This document shows positions 12,198 to 23,443 of a stretch of DNA of 64,000 bases, piece by piece (positions within the stretch are counted from its first letter, which is position 1; the number at the start of each line of letters is the position of its first letter). Both the position numbers and the translations under genes were made by a program. A model generated the notes under the pieces. The model was not told the origin of the DNA. It made no database searches and worked only from the letters and a program-made list of their open reading frames with translations. This stretch comes from Escherichia coli. GTDB taxonomy: Bacteria > Pseudomonadota > Gammaproteobacteria > Enterobacterales > Enterobacteriaceae. Location of the stretch: NCBI RefSeq assembly GCF_003334785.1, contig NZ_QOWV01000012.1, one strand, 5' to 3'.

Positions 12198-12832
12198 AAA
12201 AATGCGTCATGAGTAGTATCGGTATTGAGAGTTTATTCAGAAAGTTTGCGGGCAACCCTTATAAGCTCCATACCTATACCAGTCAGGAGTCATTTCAGGA
12301 TGCCATGTCGCGGATCTCGTTTGCGGCGGTCATTTTTTCTTTTTCTGCCATGAGAAGTGAGCGCAGAGAGGGATTATCTTGCCTGACTGAACTGGCGATT
12401 AAGTTTCCGCGTACCCGGCGTTTAGTTATTGCGGATGATGATATTGAAGCTCGGCTGATTGGTTCATTGTCGCCATCACCGCTGGACGGTGTATTAAGTA
12501 AAGCGTCAACGCTGGAGATTTTTCATCAGGAACTCTTTTTGTCATTAAATGGTGTACGTCAGGCGACCGACCGACTGAACAATCAGTGGTACATTAACCA
12601 AAGCCGGACGCTAAGCCCGACGGAGAGAGAAATATTGCGCTTTATGTCGCGTGGCTACTCAATGACACAAATTGCCGAGCAGCTTAAACGCAATATCAAA
12701 ACGATCCGCGCGCATAAATTTAATGTGATGTCGAAACTGGGCGTCAGTTCTGATGCAGGATTGTTGGAGGCCGCAGATATTCTGTTATGTATGCGGCATT
12801 GCGAAGCAAGTAATGTGTTGCATCCCTATTAA
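12155..12832 (+). CDS. bglJ: LuxR-family transcriptional activator BglJ
   Basis: 225 aa, overlaps yjjQ 3' end, C-terminal LuxR HTH. Confidence 0.85.
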
Positions 12833-12869
12833 TCCGCATGATGCCGGGTTTACTTCCCCGGCAGTGCTT

Positions 12870-13658
12870 TCATTTCAGCGTACAATCGCCACATTGCTGC
12901 ACATCCGGTAAGCGATAACGCTGGCAGCAAGTGCGGCGCACCAGCAGGCCGTCGCGCAGTACCACGGTACGCCAGAGTGGATTATCTTCACCGTTCGTGA
13001 GCGTTTTCTCAAAAAAGATGGCATGGCGCAGCGATTCAACCGTCGCCTCGCCGAGCAGTTGCTTCATCTCAGTGAGATACCAGTTGATCAAATAACCGGT
13101 ATTACTCCAGATAAGTTTGCCGTTGATCTCTCCGGTCGCTTCTAGTGCCTGCACAACCGGAACCAGCGCCTGGCTGATTAACGTTTCCATTCGCTGCTGC
13201 GGCGAATGTGGTGTTGCGTTTTTATCGTCACACACATCGACCCAGAAACAGGCGGCACGGCCGGTTTCGTGAAACTCAGCATGGAAATGTTCCGGCGACA
13301 CATCTAATGCTTTTTCCTGCGTCAGTAGCGCCAGCATTAATGGTGGCACCATCAGGCCGATATACCATTGTGCCCATAGTGAGATCAGCGGTTTGTTCTC
13401 GCGGATCATCGTTGGTTGGTTGCGATAGATATGATCGGAATAGACCGCGAGTAGAGAACTTAGCGCATTCGGTGATGACCATTGCGCCAGCGTCATGGCG
13501 TTAAGCGGAGCGGGTTCATCCAGGCGGATAAACTCCAGCAAATGTTCACGATGTTCGGCGATCGTCGCACGTACGGCTTGTGCAAGCCCAGCATCCTGTG
13601 GCTGGAGATGCGTTCGCCAGATGATATCTTCATAGAGCGGTGCGGAACGATAGGCCAT
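12870..13658 (-). CDS. fhuF: Ferric-siderophore reductase FhuF (2Fe-2S)
   Basis: 262 aa, C-terminal C-C-x10-C-x2-C cluster motif (CCQRYRLPDVQQCGDC). Confidence 0.9.
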   Translation of the reverse strand: MAYRSAPLYEDIIWRTHLQPQDAGLAQAVRATIAEHREHLLEFIRLDEPAPLNAMTLAQWSSPNALSSLLAVYSDHIYRNQPTMIRENKPLISLWAQWYIGLMVPPLMLALLTQEKALDVSPEHFHAEFHETGRAACFWVDVCDDKNATPHSPQQRMETLISQALVPVVQALEATGEINGKLIWSNTGYLINWYLTEMKQLLGEATVESLRHAIFFEKTLTNGEDNPLWRTVVLRDGLLVRRTCCQRYRLPDVQQCGDCTLK

Positions 13659-13676
13659 AATCGTGATAGTAATCTA

Positions 13677-13695
13677 AATGATAATGATTGCTAAT
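13677..13695. promoter_or_regulatory. Fur box-like site in fhuF/yjjZ divergent promoter region
   Basis: aatgataatgattgctaat resembles the GATAATGATAATCATTATC Fur consensus. Confidence 0.5.
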
Positions 13696-13740
13696 CCTAG
13701 CGATAGGTTTACCCGATAGCAAGGGATTTCTCTGGCTTGC

Positions 13741-13785
13741 AAATGATAAAAATTATCATATGATATTGGTTATCATTATCAATGA
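13741..13785. promoter_or_regulatory. Cluster of Fur box-like sites upstream of yjjZ
   Basis: tgataaaaattatca palindrome and ttatcattatc (exact reverse complement of gataatgataa). Confidence 0.55.
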
Positions 13786-13798
13786 AAGAGATGAAACC

Positions 13799-14035
13799 AT
13801 GTTGCAACGTACGCTGGGCAGTGGCTGGGGAGTGTTGCTGCCGGGATTGCTGATTGCAGGGCTGATGTATGCGGATTTATCGCCGGATCAGTGGCGGATT
13901 GTCATTCTGATGGGATTAGTATTGACGCCGGTGATGCTGTATCACAAACAGTTACGGCATTACGTTTTGCTACCATCGTGCCTGGCGCTTATTGCTGCCA
14001 TCATGCTGATGATAATGAATTTGAATCAGGGATGA
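13799..14035 (+). CDS. yjjZ: Small inner membrane protein YjjZ (DUF1435)
   Basis: 78-aa ORF starting MLQRTLGSGWG, two predicted TM helices, divergent from fhuF. Confidence 0.75.
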   Translation: MLQRTLGSGWGVLLPGLLIAGLMYADLSPDQWRIVILMGLVLTPVMLYHKQLRHYVLLPSCLALIAAIMLMIMNLNQG

Positions 14036-14073
14036 AAAATCAAGGAAGAAACAAGAAAGGAAGTAAAGATAAT

Positions 14074-14160
14074 TGGTGCGAGGGGGGGGACTTGAACCCC
14101 CACGTCCGTAAGGACACTAACACCTGAAGCTAGCGCGTCTACCAATTCCGCCACCTTCGC
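14074..14160 (-). tRNA. leuV: tRNA-Leu (anticodon CAG)
   Basis: Reverse complement reads GCGAAGGTGGCGGAATTGGTAGACGCGCTAGCTTCAGGTGTTAGTGTCCTTACGGACGTGGGGGTTCAAGTCCCCCCCCTCGCACCA, the E. coli tRNA-Leu1 sequence with encoded CCA. Confidence 0.9.
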
Positions 14161-14201
14161 ATACCATCAATTCTTAAAAAGAATTGCTACCACGGAGGCG
14201 C

Positions 14202-14229
14202 ATTCTAGTGGTTTTCAGCTTTTCGTCAA
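14202..14229 (-). promoter_or_regulatory. Candidate stable-RNA promoter for the tRNA-Leu gene
   Basis: On minus strand TTGACG -35 and TAGAAT -10 separated by 16 bp, followed by GC-rich discriminator, about 40 bp upstream of tRNA 5' end. Confidence 0.5.
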
Positions 14230-14282
14230 TAGTTAATTATCGCCGGAGGTGTAATTGCTGAAAAAATGTCCATCAGGAAACT

Positions 14283-14466
<184 letters not shown>

Positions 14467-14468
14467 AA

Positions 14469-15500
14469 TTAACCTTTCTTCGCCTGGCGGGTCATAATGG
14501 CGCGATACACCTTGAAACGCCCGGTTTGCGCAATCACTTCATGGAAGCCAAATGTCTCATCCAGCACGTCCGGGTAAGGCAGGAAGGCGTTCGCTACAAT
14601 TCGCAGCTCGCCGCCGCTATTAAGATGACGCACCGCGCCGCGAATCAGCGTTTGCGCCGCATCCAGGCTGGTTTGCATCCCATCGTGGAACGGCGGGTTG
14701 GAGATGATCATATCAAAACGACCTTTCACCTCGGAAAAGACGTTGCTGGCAAAGACTTCACCTTCAACACCGTTGGCCGCAAGTGTTGCGCGGCTGGCTT
14801 CTACCGCTGGCGCAGAGACATCGCACAAGGTGAGACGAATTTTCGGCGAATGGCGCGCAAAGGCAACTGAAAGCACACCCGCGCCACAGCCGACATCCAG
14901 CACTTTACCTTTCGTGTGCGGGGTTAACGTCGAGAGCAGCAACTGGCTACCGACATCCAGACCGTCGCGGCTAAACACGCCAGGCAGCGTTTTGACCGTC
15001 AGGCCATCGACGCTGTATTCGCCCCAGAATTTATCGGCATCAAATACCGGCTGTTTTTCCAGACGACCAAAATAGAGGCCACAGCGACGAGCGCTGTCGA
15101 CTTTATTCAACGGCGCATAATCTGCCAGCATCTGCTCGGCGCTGCGCACGCCGCTGCGGTTCTCGCCAACGACAAAAATATCTGTCCCCACTGGCAGCAG
15201 AGAAAGTAAATTCATCAACTGGAACTGGGCTTCCGGTTTGTTCTTCGGCCAGTAGTAAATCAGCGTATCGCAATCTGCGACGTCATCCACCGTGGCGACC
15301 AGACTGAAACGGGCGTTATCCCCCATCTGGCGGCTTAATACCTGCCAGTGGTGGAATTGCTGGGTATGAGCACGGCTGGCCGCGGTATCTAAACGCGCGG
15401 GCAGGTCATCCTGTAAGTCTCCGGCAAACAGAATACGGCTTTGTTCGAAATCATCACTGTGACGCAGCAAGACTTCACTTGCCGGGGTAAATGCAGACAT
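14469..15500 (-). CDS. rsmC: 16S rRNA (guanine1207-N2)-methyltransferase
   Basis: 343 aa, SAM-binding motif [17 protein letters not shown] catalytic motif. Confidence 0.9.
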   Translation of the reverse strand: MSAFTPASEVLLRHSDDFEQSRILFAGDLQDDLPARLDTAASRAHTQQFHHWQVLSRQMGDNARFSLVATVDDVADCDTLIYYWPKNKPEAQFQLMNLLSLLPVGTDIFVVGENRSGVRSAEQMLADYAPLNKVDSARRCGLYFGRLEKQPVFDADKFWGEYSVDGLTVKTLPGVFSRDGLDVGSQLLLSTLTPHTKGKVLDVGCGAGVLSVAFARHSPKIRLTLCDVSAPAVEASRATLAANGVEGEVFASNVFSEVKGRFDMIISNPPFHDGMQTSLDAAQTLIRGAVRHLNSGGELRIVANAFLPYPDVLDETFGFHEVIAQTGRFKVYRAIMTRQAKKG

Positions 15501-15602
15501 GGAATGCTCCTCAATTGATACTGGCGGCGATTATAGCCATATGTTGGCGCGGTATCGACGAATTTGCTATATTTGCGCCCCTGACAACAGGAGCGATTCG
15601 CT

Positions 15603-16016
15603 ATGACATCCCGACGAGACTGGCAGTTACAGCAACTGGGCATTACCCAGTGGTCGCTGCGTCGCCCTGGCGCGTTGCAGGGGGAGATTGCCATTGCGAT
15701 CCCGGCACACGTCCGTCTGGTGATGGTGGCAAACGATCTTCCCGCCCTGACCGATCCTTTAGTGAGCGATGTTCTGCGCGCATTAACCGTCAGCCCCGAT
15801 CAAGTGCTGCAACTGACGCCAGAAAAAATCGCGATGCTGCCGCAAGGCAGTCGCTGCAACAGCTGGCGGTTGGGTACTGACGAACCGCTATCACTGGAAG
15901 GCGCTCAGGTGGCATCACCGGCGCTCACCGAATTACGGGCAAACCCAACGGCACGCGCCGCGTTATGGCAACAAATTTGCACATATGAACACGATTTCTT
16001 CCCTCGAAACGACTGA
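15603..16016 (+). CDS. holD: DNA polymerase III psi subunit
   Basis: 137 aa starting MTSRRDWQLQQLGITQW. Confidence 0.9.
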   Translation: MTSRRDWQLQQLGITQWSLRRPGALQGEIAIAIPAHVRLVMVANDLPALTDPLVSDVLRALTVSPDQVLQLTPEKIAMLPQGSRCNSWRLGTDEPLSLEGAQVASPALTELRANPTARAALWQQICTYEHDFFPRND

Positions 16017-16431
16017 TTTACCGGCGGCTTACCACATTGAACAACGCGCCCACGCCTTTCCGTGGAGTGAAAAAACCTTTGCCAGCAACCAGGGCGAGCG
16101 TTATCTCAACTTTCAGTTAACGCAAAACGGCAAAATGGCGGCGTTTGCGATTACGCAAGTGGTGCTGGATGAAGCTACATTGTTCAATATTGCGGTCGAT
16201 CCTGACTATCAGCGTCAGGGATTGGGAAGGGTGCTGCTGGAACATCTGATCGACGAACTGGAAAAACGCGGCGTGGCGACACTATGGCTGGAAGTCCGTG
16301 CCTCAAATGCTGCCGCCATTGCCCTGTACGAAAGTTTAGGCTTTAACGAGGCGACGATTCGCCGCAATTACTACCCCACCACGGACGGTCGCGAAGACGC
16401 CATCATCATGGCGTTGCCAATCAGTATGTAA
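15985..16431 (+). CDS. rimI: Ribosomal protein S18 alanine N-acetyltransferase
   Basis: 148 aa GNAT fold ([10 protein letters not shown]), overlaps holD 3' end. Confidence 0.9.
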   Translation: MNTISSLETTDLPAAYHIEQRAHAFPWSEKTFASNQGERYLNFQLTQNGKMAAFAITQVVLDEATLFNIAVDPDYQRQGLGRVLLEHLIDELEKRGVATLWLEVRASNAAAIALYESLGFNEATIRRNYYPTTDGREDAIIMALPISM

Positions 16432-16445
16432 GACAAGGTGGAATA

Positions 16446-17123
16446 ATGAAGTGGGACTGGATTTTCTTTGATGCCGATGAAACGCTGTTTACCTTTGACT
16501 CATTCACCGGCCTGCAGCGGATGTTTCTTGATTACAGCGTCACCTTTACCGCTGAAGATTTTCAGGACTATCAGGCCGTTAACAAGCCACTGTGGGTGGA
16601 TTATCAAAACGGCGCGATCACTTCATTACAGCTTCAGCACGGGCGTTTTGAGAGCTGGGCCGAACGGCTGAAAGTTGAAGCAGGCTTGCTTAACGATGCC
16701 TTTATTAATGCGATGGCGGAAATCTGCACGCCGCTGCCGGGCGCGGTTTCTCTGCTTAACGCCATTCGTGGCAACGCCAAAATCGGCATCATCACCAACG
16801 GCTTTAGCGCCTTGCAGCAAGTGCGTCTGGAACGCACGGGCCTGCGTGATTACTTCGATTTGCTGGTGATTTCCGAAGAAGTTGGCGTTGCCAAACCGAA
16901 TAAGAAAATTTTCGATTATGCGCTGGAACAGGCGGGCAATCCTGACCGTTCACGCGTGCTGATGGTTGGCGACACTGCCGAGTCCGATATTCTCGGTGGC
17001 ATCAACGCCGGGCTTGCGACCTGCTGGCTGAATGCGCACCATCGCGAGCAACCAGAAGGCATCGCGCCCACCTGGACCGTTTCTTCGTTGCACGAACTGG
17101 AGCAGCTCCTGTGTAAACACTGA
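16446..17123 (+). CDS. yjjG: HAD-family pyrimidine 5'-nucleotidase
   Basis: 225 aa, N-terminal DxDET HAD motif (FFDADETLF). Confidence 0.85.
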   Translation: MKWDWIFFDADETLFTFDSFTGLQRMFLDYSVTFTAEDFQDYQAVNKPLWVDYQNGAITSLQLQHGRFESWAERLKVEAGLLNDAFINAMAEICTPLPGAVSLLNAIRGNAKIGIITNGFSALQQVRLERTGLRDYFDLLVISEEVGVAKPNKKIFDYALEQAGNPDRSRVLMVGDTAESDILGGINAGLATCWLNAHHREQPEGIAPTWTVSSLHELEQLLCKH

Positions 17124-17213
17124 TTGCCTCCCCCCCGTTGATGGGTAAAATAGCCGCAATTTTTCGTTTTCAACAAGCGCGGCGCGATGCCGCTTACTCA
17201 AGAAGAAAGAATT

Positions 17214-18803
17214 ATGACGTTGTCTCCTTATTTGCAAGAGGTGGCGAAGCGCCGCACTTTTGCCATTATTTCTCACCCGGATGCCGGTAAGACTACCATC
17301 ACCGAGAAGGTGCTGCTGTTCGGACAGGCCATTCAGACCGCCGGTACAGTAAAAGGCCGTGGTTCCAACCAGCACGCTAAGTCGGACTGGATGGAGATGG
17401 AAAAGCAGCGTGGGATCTCCATTACTACGTCTGTGATGCAGTTTCCGTATCACGATTGCCTGGTTAACCTGCTCGACACCCCGGGGCACGAAGACTTCTC
17501 GGAAGATACCTATCGTACCCTGACGGCGGTGGACTGCTGCCTGATGGTTATCGACGCTGCAAAAGGTGTTGAAGATCGTACCCGTAAGCTGATGGAAGTT
17601 ACCCGTCTGCGCGACACGCCGATCCTCACCTTTATGAACAAACTTGACCGTGATATCCGCGACCCGATGGAACTGCTCGATGAAGTTGAGAACGAGCTGA
17701 AAATCGGCTGCGCACCGATCACCTGGCCGATCGGCTGCGGCAAGCTGTTTAAAGGCGTTTACCACCTTTATAAAGACGAAACCTATCTCTATCAGAGCGG
17801 TAAAGGCCACACCATTCAGGAAGTCCGCATTGTTAAAGGGCTGAATAACCCGGATCTCGATGCAGCGGTCGGTGAAGATCTGGCACAGCAGCTGCGTGAC
17901 GAACTGGAACTGGTGAAAGGCGCGTCTAATGAGTTCGACAAAGAGCTGTTCCTTGCGGGCGAAATCACTCCGGTATTCTTCGGTACTGCGCTGGGTAACT
18001 TCGGTGTCGATCATATGCTGGATGGCCTGGTGGAGTGGGCTCCTGCGCCGATGCCGCGTCAGACTGATACCCGTACCGTAGAGGCGAGCGAAGACAAATT
18101 TACCGGCTTCGTATTTAAAATTCAGGCCAACATGGACCCGAAACACCGCGACCGCGTGGCGTTTATGCGCGTGGTATCCGGTAAATATGAAAAAGGCATG
18201 AAGCTGCGCCAGGTGCGCACTGCGAAAGATGTGGTGATCTCCGACGCGCTGACCTTTATGGCAGGTGACCGTTCGCACGTTGAAGAAGCATATCCGGGCG
18301 ATATCCTCGGCCTGCACAACCACGGCACCATTCAGATTGGCGACACCTTTACCCAGGGTGAGATGATGAAGTTCACCGGTATTCCGAACTTCGCGCCAGA
18401 ACTGTTCCGTCGCATCCGCCTGAAAGATCCGCTGAAGCAAAAACAGCTGCTCAAAGGGCTGGTACAGCTTTCCGAAGAGGGCGCGGTGCAGGTGTTCCGT
18501 CCAATCTCCAACAACGATCTGATCGTTGGTGCGGTTGGTGTGCTGCAGTTTGATGTGGTGGTATCGCGCCTGAAGAGCGAATACAACGTTGAAGCAGTAT
18601 ATGAATCAGTCAACGTTGCCACCGCCCGCTGGGTAGAATGTGCAGACGCGAAGAAATTCGAAGAGTTCAAGCGTAAGAACGAAAGCCAACTGGCGCTTGA
18701 TGGCGGCGATAACCTCGCTTACATCGCTACCAGCATGGTCAACCTGCGCCTGGCGCAGGAACGTTATCCGGACGTTCAGTTCCACCAGACCCGCGAGCAT
18801 TAA
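17214..18803 (+). CDS. prfC: Peptide chain release factor 3 (GTPase)
   Basis: Start at MTLSPYLQE; G1 motif [15 protein letters not shown]3 motif. Confidence 0.95.
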
Positions 18804-19195
18804 TTCTTGCCTCCAGGGCGCGGTAGCCGCTGCGCCCTGTCAATTTCCCTTCCTTATTAGCCGCTTACGGAATGTTCTTAAAACATTCACTTTTGCTTAT
18901 GTTTTCGATGATATCCCGAGCGGTTTCAAAATTGTGATCTATATTTAACAAAGTAATGACATTTCTGACGGCGTTAAATACCGTTCAATGCGTAGATATC
19001 AGTATCTAAAGCCGTAGATTGTCATTCTACCGATATTAATAACTGATTCAGAGGCTGTAATGGTCGTTATTCATCACCCATCGCTTTTGTGATGGCGACC
19101 ATTGACTTCTGTAGAGGGTGAAGTCTCTCCCTATTCAGCAATGCAACCTCGTGTTGCCAGGCTCAAATTACGAGCAAACTTACAGGAATAAATCG

Positions 19196-19801
19196 ATGAC
19201 TATGACAAGACTGAAGATTTCGAAAACTCTGCTGGCTGTAATGTTGACCTCTGCCGTCGCGACAGGCTCTGCCTACGCGGAAAACAACGCGCAGACTACC
19301 AATGAAAGCGCAGGGCAAAAAGTCGATAGCTCTATGAATAAAGTCGGTAATTTCATGGATGACAGCGCCATCACCGCGAAAGTGAAGGCGGCCCTGGTGG
19401 ATCATGACAACATCAAGAGCACCGATATCTCTGTCAAAACCGATCAAAAAGTCGTGACCCTGAGCGGTTTCGTTGAAAGCCAGGCTCAGGCCGAAGAGGC
19501 AGTGAAAGTGGCGAAAGGCGTTGAAGGGGTGACCTCTGTCAGCGACAAACTGCACGTTCGCGACGCTAAAGAAGGCTCGGTGAAGGGCTACGCGGGTGAC
19601 ACCGCCACCACCAGTGAAATCAAAGCCAAACTGCTGGCGGACGATATCGTCCCTTCCCGTCATGTGAAAGTTGAAACCACCGATGGCGTGGTTCAGCTCT
19701 CCGGTACCGTAGATTCTCAGGCACAAAGTGACCGTGCTGAAAGTATCGCCAAAGCGGTAGATGGTGTGAAAAGCGTTAAAAATGATCTGAAAACTAAGTA
19801 A
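19196..19801 (+). CDS. osmY: Osmotically inducible periplasmic protein OsmY (two BON domains)
   Basis: Start at MTMTRLKIS, signal peptide ending AYA, duplicated BON domains. Confidence 0.9.
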
Positions 19802-19927
19802 TTCGTCGTAATTCGTCCTCCCGAACTTTGTCGGGAGGCGCGATGTGCACCACACTAAAAATATCGCATTGAGTGATTTTCACGCTCATATCAAGCGGTG
19901 ACATTAACTATGGTAAAGGAGACGCTT

Positions 19928-20089
19928 ATGTTTCGTTGGGGCATCATATTTCTGGTTATCGCGTTAATCGCCGCCGCACTTGGGTTTGGTGGTCTGGCCG
20001 GTACCGCTGCAGGCGCAGCTAAAATTGTCTTTGTCGTCGGGATTATTCTGTTCCTGGTGAGTTTGTTCATGGGCCGAAAACGACCCTAG
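19928..20089 (+). CDS. ytjA: Small membrane protein, DUF1328/UPF0391
   Basis: 53-aa hydrophobic [25 protein letters not shown]. Confidence 0.7.
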
Positions 20090-20210
20090 ATTTCAGACCA
20101 TTAAGAAAATTTTATCCAAAGCCAGTCCAGCGGACTGGCTTTTGCGGTTTTAGCGAATAATAAATTGCGTTACTTTGTCATTCTTTCACAACAAAAACAG
20201 GAAGGCAGAG

Positions 20211-21284
20211 GTGGGGCAGCGAATACCTGTAACGCTTGGTAATATTGCGCCGTTGTCGCTAAGGCCGTTCCAGCCTGGACGAATAGCTCTGGTGTGCGAA
20301 GGCGGCGGACAGCGTGGAATTTTCACGGCTGGCGTGCTGGATGAGTTTATGCGCGCGCAGTTTAATCCTTTCGATCTTTATCTCGGCACATCTGCCGGGG
20401 CGCAGAACCTCTCGGCGTTTATCTGTAATCAGCCCGGTTACGCGCGCAAAGTCATCATGCGCTATACCACAAAACGCGAATTTTTCGATCCATTGCGCTT
20501 TGTCCGTGGAGGAAATCTTATCGATCTCGACTGGCTGGTGGAGGCCACCGCAAGCCAGATGCCGTTGCAAATGGATACCGCCGCGCGGTTGTTTGACAGC
20601 GGCAAATCGTTTTATATGTGCGCCTGTCGTCAGGATGACTACGCGCCTAATTACTTTTTACCAACCAAACAAAACTGGCTGGATGTGATTCGCGCCTCCA
20701 GTGCGATACCTGGCTTTTATCGTAGCGGAGTGTCGCTGGAAGGCATTAACTACCTGGATGGCGGGATCAGTGATGCGATTCCGGTTAAAGAGGCGGCAAG
20801 GCAGGGCGCTAAAACGTTGGTCGTCATCCGCACTGTGCCGTCACAAATGTACTACACGCCGCAGTGGTTCAAACGCATGGAACGCTGGCTGGGTGACAGT
20901 AGCCTGCAGCCGCTGGTCAATCTGGTGCAGCATCATGAAACCAGCTATCGTGACATTCAGCAATTTATTGAGAAACCACCGGGCAAGCTGCGGATATTCG
21001 AAATTTATCCACCGAAACCATTACATAGTATCGCGCTTGGCAGTCGGATTCCGGCGCTGCGTGAAGACTATAAACTTGGGCGTTTATGCGGTCGTTATTT
21101 CCTCGCCACGGTTGGCAAGCTATTAACTGAAAAAGCGCCGCTTACCCGCCATCTGGTGCCAGTGGTGACGCCGGAATCGATCGTTATTCCGCCTGCGCCA
21201 GTCGCCAACGATACGCTGGTTGCCGAAGTGAGCGATGCTCCGCAGGCGAACGACCCGACATTTAACAATGAGGATCTGGCTTGA
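20211..21284 (+). CDS. yjjU: Patatin-like phospholipase family protein
   Basis: GTG start preceded by AGGAAGG RBS; GTSAG serine hydrolase motif and DGG catalytic Asp motif. Confidence 0.8.
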   Translation: MGQRIPVTLGNIAPLSLRPFQPGRIALVCEGGGQRGIFTAGVLDEFMRAQFNPFDLYLGTSAGAQNLSAFICNQPGYARKVIMRYTTKREFFDPLRFVRGGNLIDLDWLVEATASQMPLQMDTAARLFDSGKSFYMCACRQDDYAPNYFLPTKQNWLDVIRASSAIPGFYRSGVSLEGINYLDGGISDAIPVKEAARQGAKTLVVIRTVPSQMYYTPQWFKRMERWLGDSSLQPLVNLVQHHETSYRDIQQFIEKPPGKLRIFEIYPPKPLHSIALGSRIPALREDYKLGRLCGRYFLATVGKLLTEKAPLTRHLVPVVTPESIVIPPAPVANDTLVAEVSDAPQANDPTFNNEDLA

Positions 21285-22063
21285 TTTGCCGTTTTATCGA
21301 TACCCACTGCCATTTTGATTTCCCGCCGTTTAGTGGCGATGAAGAGGCCAGCCTGCAACGCGCGGCACAAGCGGGCGTAGGCAAGATCATTGTTCCGGCG
21401 ACAGAGGCGGAAAATTTTGCCCGCGTGCAGGCGTTAGCGGAAAAATATCAACCGCTGTATGCCGCATTGGGGTTGCATCCGGGGATGTTGGAAAAACATA
21501 GCGATGTGTCTCTTGATCAGCTACAGCAGGCGCTGGAAAGGCGTCCGGCGAAGGTGGTGGCGGTGGGGGAGATCGGTCTGGATCTCTTCGGCGACGATCC
21601 GCAATTTGAGAGGCAGCAGTGGTTACTCGACGAACAACTGAAACTGGCGAAACTCTACGATCTGCCGGTGATCCTGCATTCACGGCGCACACACGACAAA
21701 CTGGCGATGCATCTTAAACGCCACGATTTGCCGCGTGCTGGTGTTGTCCACGGATTTTCTGGCAGCCAGCAACAGGCTGAACGGTTTGTACAGCTGGGCT
21801 ACAAAATCGGCGTAGGCGGTACTATCACCTATCCACGCGCCAGTAAAACCCGCGATGTCATCGCAAAATTACCGCTGGCATCGTTGTTGCTGGAAACCGA
21901 CGCGCCGGATATGCCGCTCAACGGCTTTCAGGGGCAGCCTAACCGACCGGAACAGGCTGTGCGGGTGTTTGACGTGCTTTGCGAGTTGCGCCCGGAACCA
22001 GAAGATGAGATTGCCGAAGTGTTGCTTAATAATACGTATGCGTTGTTTAGCGTTAGTGGGTAG
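21281..22063 (+). CDS. yjjV: TatD-family metal-dependent hydrolase/DNase
   Basis: N-terminal DTHCHFDF motif; 4-bp overlap with yjjU. Confidence 0.85.
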   Translation: MICRFIDTHCHFDFPPFSGDEEASLQRAAQAGVGKIIVPATEAENFARVQALAEKYQPLYAALGLHPGMLEKHSDVSLDQLQQALERRPAKVVAVGEIGLDLFGDDPQFERQQWLLDEQLKLAKLYDLPVILHSRRTHDKLAMHLKRHDLPRAGVVHGFSGSQQQAERFVQLGYKIGVGGTITYPRASKTRDVIAKLPLASLLLETDAPDMPLNGFQGQPNRPEQAVRVFDVLCELRPEPEDEIAEVLLNNTYALFSVSG

Positions 22064-22078
22064 TTTACCCTTCGTAGG

Positions 22079-22579
<501 letters not shown>

Positions 22580-22590
<11 letters not shown>

Positions 22591-23443
22591 GCGCCGGAAA
22601 TATCAACCGGCCCACCCCGCGCACCTTTAATGCATCAGCCAACGGCTCAACGTCTTCCGGCGTGGCGCTCGCCCAGCTTTGCGCCTCGCCATACACGCCG
22701 TGGGCATGAAACGCGTTCAGGCGTACCGGAACATCGCCAAGTCCCTTGATAAACGCCGCCAGTTCTTCGATGTGTTGCAAATAATCCACCTGGCCAGGGA
22801 TTACCAGCAAACGCAGTTCCGCCAGCTTGCCGCGCTCTGCCAGCAAACAGATGCTGCGCTTAATCTGCTGATTATCGCGTCCGGTTAATTGTTGATGACA
22901 TTCGCTACCCCATGCTTTGAGATCGAGCATTGCGCCGTCACACACCGGGAGTAATTTTTCCCAGCCGGTTTCGCTCAACATGCCGTTACTGTCCACCAGA
23001 CAGGTGAGATGGCGCAGTTGCGGATCGTTTTTGATAGCAGTAAACAGCGCCACTACAAACGGCAGTTGGGTCGTGGCTTCGCCGCCGCTTACCGTTATCC
23101 CTTCAATAAACAGCACCGCTTTGCGGACATGGCTAAGCACTTCGTCCACGCTCATGGATTGCGCCATCGGCGTGGCATGTTGCGGACACCTCTTCAGGCA
23201 GGTATCACACTGCTCGCAGACCGCAGCGTTCCACACCACTTTGCCGTCAACAATCTGCAACGCCTGATGCGGACACTGTGGCACGCACTCTCCGCAATGA
23301 TTACAGCGCCCCATCGTCCACGGATTGTGACAGTTTTTGCAGCGCAGATTGCAGCCCTGCAAAAACAGAGCCAGACGACTGCCTGGCCCGTCAACGCAGG
23401 AGAAGGGGATAATCTTACTGACTAAAGCGCATCTGCTGTTCAT
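22580..23443 (-). CDS. yjjW: Glycyl-radical enzyme activating protein (radical SAM, with two ferredoxin-type 4Fe-4S motifs)
   Basis: CNLRCKNC radical-SAM motif plus [12 protein letters not shown] and [12 protein letters not shown] cluster motifs. Confidence 0.85.

Noticed and set aside
16950-18440. 496-aa ORF antisense to prfC
   Set aside because: Fully embedded in prfC on the opposite strand; Arg/His-rich nonsense-like translation with no recognisable domain or RBS.
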